DNA of 64,000 bases from a virus. Lineage: Duplodnaviria; Caudoviricetes. The notes beneath the pieces were generated by a model. That model was not told where the DNA came from. It saw nothing but the letters and a program-made list of their open reading frames with translations, and ran no database searches. Numbering within the stretch: the stretch's first letter is position 1; each line of letters opens with the position of its first letter. The position numbers and the translations under genes were made by a program. This document shows positions 59,460-64,000 of this stretch, in pieces. The stretch spans positions 96,001 through 160,000 of the IMG/VR virus record IMGVR_UViG_3300035498_000877; one strand, 5' to 3'.

Positions 59460-61010
59460 ATGAGTAAATTTTATGCAAGTATTGATGAGGTAATTAAAAA
59501 TCCGAGATTGAAAAATCTCAACAAAATTGATCCAAGTAAGTTGACTGTTTATAAATGCCAAGTTACAGCAATATCATTAGTCAGAGAACAGTTCAAAGTA
59601 TTAAAGAAAAAGAAGGGTAAAAGAGTAAGATGTGTCGACTATGATACATTTATAAAAATCACAGTCGGAGGACCAGATTTCATTCAGATGGATCTTTATA
59701 TCAGGGAAGCAAGTGATACTTCTATTATTAATTCTCAATTACCATTGGATACAATGCTAAATATCAGGGCTGAAGGTGTTGATGTAGATCTATTCCATAA
59801 GGCATATAAACATAAAGATGAGTCAGAGAATGCAAGGAAATATAGAGAATATTTCAATAAACATAATTTATCATCATATGATTTATTCAATTATTTCAAC
59901 AAATCAACACTTACTGATATTATCGGAACAGATGTGTCAATCGAAATCTTAGCTCAGTGCGGAGGAACCCCATATTATGTGATGATGTATTCTGACAGTT
60001 TTTATTATAATAATGGAGATAATGAAAATGCAGAATGCATCTTCAAAATAAAACCAACATATTACTCTTTTAGATTTAGAAATCAACATATGTTGGAGGA
60101 AATCGATTACTTTACTATTCAGGATAAAATATTATATAAGAGCAATGATTTGGATTATGACTTAACAATGGAAAAATATTTTGGGGTCGAAGATGAATTT
60201 GCAGGAGATACAATGTCAACTATACCTATTGATGATACTAATGATACTGAGCCATCTATATCTGTAGCTGATGATAGTACCAATGATTATGATTATATTC
60301 CATTAACAGCTTCTGAATCTAAAGAAGATTTATATAATGATATTGAAAAATCGATAGATACAGCAATGGCTGGAATCAAAGAGGAAAAATCAAAAGATAA
60401 CATTAAGTTAGAACCTAAAGAAATATCTAAAACATTACCAAAAAAGAAAGATGATAATGATTTAACTAAGTTAGATATTAAGTTTGATATTGATAATTTT
60501 CAAAATGAATCTAAAATTGAATTAAGCTATAAATCATATACTAATGAAAGTACGAATGGTATAATTTGTCAAGTTTTGGATTATCTAATCGAACAAGAAA
60601 GACTTAATCATCACGACAATCCTACAATTAATAAAACTGATTTCATTAATCAGTATAAGTTATATAATAATGGGGTATCAATGTCAAGAAATAGAGTAGA
60701 TCAGTTGTTTAAAGATTTTATTACAGTTGGATTTATATCTGGAGAATATGAAACTGATCGTAAAACTAAAATTAAATCATATCCATTAAATATAACATTT
60801 AATGGTGAGAAGATTGTAACAAAAAGTGTGGATGCAGGTATATATTTAAGTCAAATATTAAAATATGATATTTATTCTATTATTGATACAAATAGTGATA
60901 ATAATCTAGAACCTGGAAACTTAAATCTATATGTATCAGAAGAAAATAACACAGAAAATATTACAGAGAAAGAGGATGATAAAAATGAAGCTGGAGTATC
61001 AGACAATTGA
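59460..61010 (+). CDS. Hypothetical protein
   Basis: 516-aa ORF, AAGGAGG RBS; upstream TATATATT at 59409. Confidence 0.72.
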   Translation: MSKFYASIDEVIKNPRLKNLNKIDPSKLTVYKCQVTAISLVREQFKVLKKKKGKRVRCVDYDTFIKITVGGPDFIQMDLYIREASDTSIINSQLPLDTMLNIRAEGVDVDLFHKAYKHKDESENARKYREYFNKHNLSSYDLFNYFNKSTLTDIIGTDVSIEILAQCGGTPYYVMMYSDSFYYNNGDNENAECIFKIKPTYYSFRFRNQHMLEEIDYFTIQDKILYKSNDLDYDLTMEKYFGVEDEFAGDTMSTIPIDDTNDTEPSISVADDSTNDYDYIPLTASESKEDLYNDIEKSIDTAMAGIKEEKSKDNIKLEPKEISKTLPKKKDDNDLTKLDIKFDIDNFQNESKIELSYKSYTNESTNGIICQVLDYLIEQERLNHHDNPTINKTDFINQYKLYNNGVSMSRNRVDQLFKDFITVGFISGEYETDRKTKIKSYPLNITFNGEKIVTKSVDAGIYLSQILKYDIYSIIDTNSDNNLEPGNLNLYVSEENNTENITEKEDDKNEAGVSDN

Positions 61011-61461
61011 TTATTCAGGAAAGATCGTAACACTTTGTGGTTCAAAGAAGTTTAATAAGTATTTTGATTTACTTAGAATGGATTTAACAATGAAAGGAAA
61101 TTTAGTATTCACACCAGAATTTGAATTTTCAGACTATGGTTATATACGAGAGATGGATGAAAATCAGATTAAAATTCTTCATGAAGTACATTATGCAAAG
61201 ATGAGAAAGTCTGATCGTATATTGATTGTAGCACCATTCAATTATGTTGGTGATGATACTGAAAGAGAAATTCGTTATGCTAAAATGATTGGTAAACCAA
61301 TTGATTATATCACATTTGAAGATTATGAACACAATGAATTTCATTCTAAACTGAATTTAGATCCACGTGATTTAGGAGATCCATATATTCCAGATAATAA
61401 TAAGATGAATTATATAAATCATCCAGATAGAATTATCAATTCATTGAATAATTTCTTCTAA
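60985..61461 (+). CDS. Nucleoside deoxyribosyltransferase-like (DUF4406-type) protein
   Basis: IVTLCGSKKF...GNLVFTP...HYAKMRKSDRILIV...YVGDDTEREIRYAKMIGKPI. Confidence 0.65.
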   Translation: MKLEYQTIDYSGKIVTLCGSKKFNKYFDLLRMDLTMKGNLVFTPEFEFSDYGYIREMDENQIKILHEVHYAKMRKSDRILIVAPFNYVGDDTEREIRYAKMIGKPIDYITFEDYEHNEFHSKLNLDPRDLGDPYIPDNNKMNYINHPDRIINSLNNFF

Positions 61462-61495
61462 AAGAAAGAGGGTTTAATAGCCCTCTTTTCTTTTT
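61461..61495 (+). terminator. Intrinsic terminator
   Basis: aaagaggg-tttaatag-ccctcttt plus T-run. Confidence 0.75.
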
Positions 61496-61553
61496 TATTT
61501 GTTTTTCTGAACGAGATGATAACATAGAAAAATAAATTACGGAGGTGAATACA

Positions 61554-64000
61554 GTGAATAGAGATCTTTATTCTAATGACGAATTTACTAATATGAAAAA
61601 AGCCATTAATGAAGAAATGTTACGACGTGGTACATATAGATGGTGGAACCCTTTAACTACTCCTGCAATTGGTGAAGATAAATCTTCTCCCATAATTCTT
61701 GATGAAAATGCAGATAAGATAGAAGTAAATGATAAGACATATACAATCAATAATCCATCTGAAGGATCAATAGAGCCTACTAGAAATATACAATACCCAG
61801 CTCATGGAGAAAATCCTTCTGGAGAAGATCCTAATTATGAAGTTAATTCTCCATCCACTTCAGCAGCTGCTATTAATGTAGATGAGTTTAAAAACTATCT
61901 AGTTGGTCTATCGAAAATCAAAGATATTAATCTTTTTTATGGAAGAGATGAATGCAATTATCTAGCATATAGAGATCCTCAAGGTATACAAGATGTAATA
62001 GAAGATGCCCAGTCAGATGTATTAAATAAACCATTGGCTGAATCAGATAATCCATATATCAAGAATGATCCTAATGGAAAAGTTGCTGATAGGGTAAATC
62101 CATTATATCCAGTATCAGATACATTGGTACAATATCCAAATGAAGATGGTCAATATGTAATGCCATCTGGTGAATATGATGGAGAAGAATTAAAACAATA
62201 TGAGAATATTGGACCTACTAATTTCTATGATGATTATGGAGCACAAGCTGGTGATAGTAATTTCCATCCATATAATAGATATGTATCATTACATACAAGA
62301 AGAGATTGGAATGATCAAAATGATTATAGACAAACTATATCTACATCTAAATTAGAAGGAGGAAAATCATCTATTAGATTTGGTACTAATCCAAGAAATC
62401 CCCAGATGGGTGATCAATATGGATCAAGACCAGTATTTGGTGGAAAAGTAGGATCATGTAATATTGCATGTACTGGTATGTGTTACATGACATGTGATAA
62501 TCAATGCTCAGAATCATGTTCAACAACATGCTGGGCTAGATGTGGAAACTCATGTACAATGTCATGCGGAAATAGTTGTACTGGATGTAGTTCACAATGT
62601 ATGAATACATGTAAAACTAAGTGCGAAGATGCTACAGGATATTCATGTGTTAAATCAGGTGCAATGACAGTAAAGATTGAAACTACAGGTGGAGAAATTG
62701 GAATACCTGCTGAGAATCATATATCATCAACATATCATACATGTGATGGATGTTCATTCAGTTGCCAATTCTATCCGAATAAGAAAACAGAATGTTGGGA
62801 TGCTGGATGCATGGGCAAATGTTTTGTAACATGTTTGAATTCATGCAGTGATTCATGTTTTGGTGGATGTATAAATAATAATCCTTCTGATACAAATGAT
62901 ACCACATATAAAGTAGGTAAAGGAAGAGGATGTTCTTCTGGATGTACATTAAACTGTATTGGAACTTGTAAAGATTCTTGTGTTGGTTATTGCATCACAG
63001 GATGTTTCATGTCATGTATAGCATCATGTGAAGATAATTGTACATTTAGATGTAGTACAATATGTGGAAATGGATGTAATCAAGGATGCACTCAAGGATG
63101 TACAGGGTGTCATTATGAATGTACTGGAGCATGTACTGGACTTTCAGATAGTAGAACATGTGTAGGATGTGGATCTGTTGGCGGATGCACAACTAACTGT
63201 ATGATGGATTGTAATGGAAATTGTATGGCTAGTGGATGTAGATCTATATGTGGTACAGAATCATCTGGAGCTTGTTCATCAAATTGTAGATTGAATTGTA
63301 CAGAATCATCATGTACATCAATGTGTTCAGAAGCATGTAGTACTCAATGTAATACATGCGTAAATACATGTGGACATCAATGTGGAATGTGTAGTTCTTT
63401 ATGTTCTACAGGCTGTGAGTCAGAATGTAATATAACATGTACAGGAGCATGCGAAAATTCATGTACTTCGAATTGTGTAACATCTTGTTCATCAGAATGC
63501 GGTGGATGTTCTAATTTATGCTATTCATGTACAGGAATGTGTATAGGAGTATGTAGTGTTAAATGTGAAGTAACATGTTCTAACTGTGCAGGTCTATGCT
63601 CATGGTGGTGTGATACTCAATGTAATCAAACATGTTTCTCAGATTGTATCAGTAGATGTATCAATAGTTGTTCTGGATCATGTGCAACTTATTTAACATC
63701 AGAAGCTAAAACTACTAAAGGACCTGAAAGAAAACCAACTGCACAAGGATGGAGATATCCAAATCCTTCTAATAGATGGGAAGAAAGAGAATCATTTAAA
63801 TTATTCCATGATGTAGATCCATATAAACGACCTGAAATAATTAAAGAAATATTACCTATTACTATCACAATGGTAAAAGTTAATAAATATGTAATACTTG
63901 AAATGAGTCTTGATAATGTTAGTGAAAATCTTGAGATAATAACAGATATTACAGATACAGATATTATTACTACCAGAGGATCTATTAAGAAGAGCGATAT
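61554..64000 (+). CDS. Giant CxxxC-repeat protein (3'-partial, >815 aa; absent from ORF track)
   Basis: GTG start after GGAGGTG; frame open to window end (MNRDLYSNDEFTNMKKAINEEMLRRG...); about 88 Cys between 62457 and 63683. Confidence 0.9.
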   Translation, partial: MNRDLYSNDEFTNMKKAINEEMLRRGTYRWWNPLTTPAIGEDKSSPIILDENADKIEVNDKTYTINNPSEGSIEPTRNIQYPAHGENPSGEDPNYEVNSPSTSAAAINVDEFKNYLVGLSKIKDINLFYGRDECNYLAYRDPQGIQDVIEDAQSDVLNKPLAESDNPYIKNDPNGKVADRVNPLYPVSDTLVQYPNEDGQYVMPSGEYDGEELKQYENIGPTNFYDDYGAQAGDSNFHPYNRYVSLHTRRDWNDQNDYRQTISTSKLEGGKSSIRFGTNPRNPQMGDQYGSRPVFGGKVGSCNIACTGMCYMTCDNQCSESCSTTCWARCGNSCTMSCGNSCTGCSSQCMNTCKTKCEDATGYSCVKSGAMTVKIETTGGEIGIPAENHISSTYHTCDGCSFSCQFYPNKKTECWDAGCMGKCFVTCLNSCSDSCFGGCINNNPSDTNDTTYKVGKGRGCSSGCTLNCIGTCKDSCVGYCITGCFMSCIASCEDNCTFRCSTICGNGCNQGCTQGCTGCHYECTGACTGLSDSRTCVGCGSVGGCTTNCMMDCNGNCMASGCRSICGTESSGACSSNCRLNCTESSCTSMCSEACSTQCNTCVNTCGHQCGMCSSLCSTGCESECNITCTGACENSCTSNCVTSCSSECGGCSNLCYSCTGMCIGVCSVKCEVTCSNCAGLCSWWCDTQCNQTCFSDCISRCINSCSGSCATYLTSEAKTTKGPERKPTAQGWRYPNPSNRWEERESFKLFHDVDPYKRPEIIKEILPITITMVKVNKYVILEMSLDNVSENLEIITDITDTDIITTRGSIKKSD

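Noticed and set aside
113-62949. Many short antisense or overlapping ORFs in the track (for example 113-367, 1621-1893, 27054-27818, 29869-30327, 33853-34176, 61568-61750, 62758-62949)
   Set aside because: They are shadows of longer genes, without RBS or recognisable motifs.
62457-63683. tgt periodicity as a DNA tandem repeat or recoded stop codons
   Set aside because: Spacers are non-repetitive and the frame has no stops; it is protein-level Cys periodicity.
1-64000. Alternative genetic code (TAG/TGA reassignment)
   Set aside because: Conserved genes are intact in code 11 and all three stop codons terminate genes.

Overview
AT-rich segment (roughly 27-28% GC by eye) of a jumbo myophage of the phiKZ/AR9(PBS1)-related type, probably infecting a Firmicute (inferred from Firmicute-style RBSs and clostridial-type surface domains). 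Standard genetic code. It encodes subunits of two multisubunit RNA polymerases, two of them split by group I introns at catalytic motifs; one intron loops out a DUF3307-like membrane-protein ORF instead of a homing endonuclease and appears to use an A.G 5' splice pair. Also present: a GyrA/ParC-type topoisomerase subunit, NAD-dependent ligase, cold-shock protein, HU-like protein, a degenerate Dda/RecD-like helicase, baseplate genes and several tail-fibre/adhesin genes. The most striking candidate system is a cluster of three radical-SAM enzymes plus a U32-family Fe-S protein placed behind tail-fibre genes and a protein ending in (CHxx)4. At the window end is an ORF missed by the track (61554 to >64000) with about 88 Cys in CxxxC repeats. 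Together these suggest RiPP-like post-translational modification of phage, probably virion, proteins. A triplicated leader (including a perfect 95-bp inverted repeat) drives receptor-binding-type genes, and one copy is fused to an almost adenine-free fragment resembling a DGR variable region. All product calls come from motif recognition by eye; no database searches were run.
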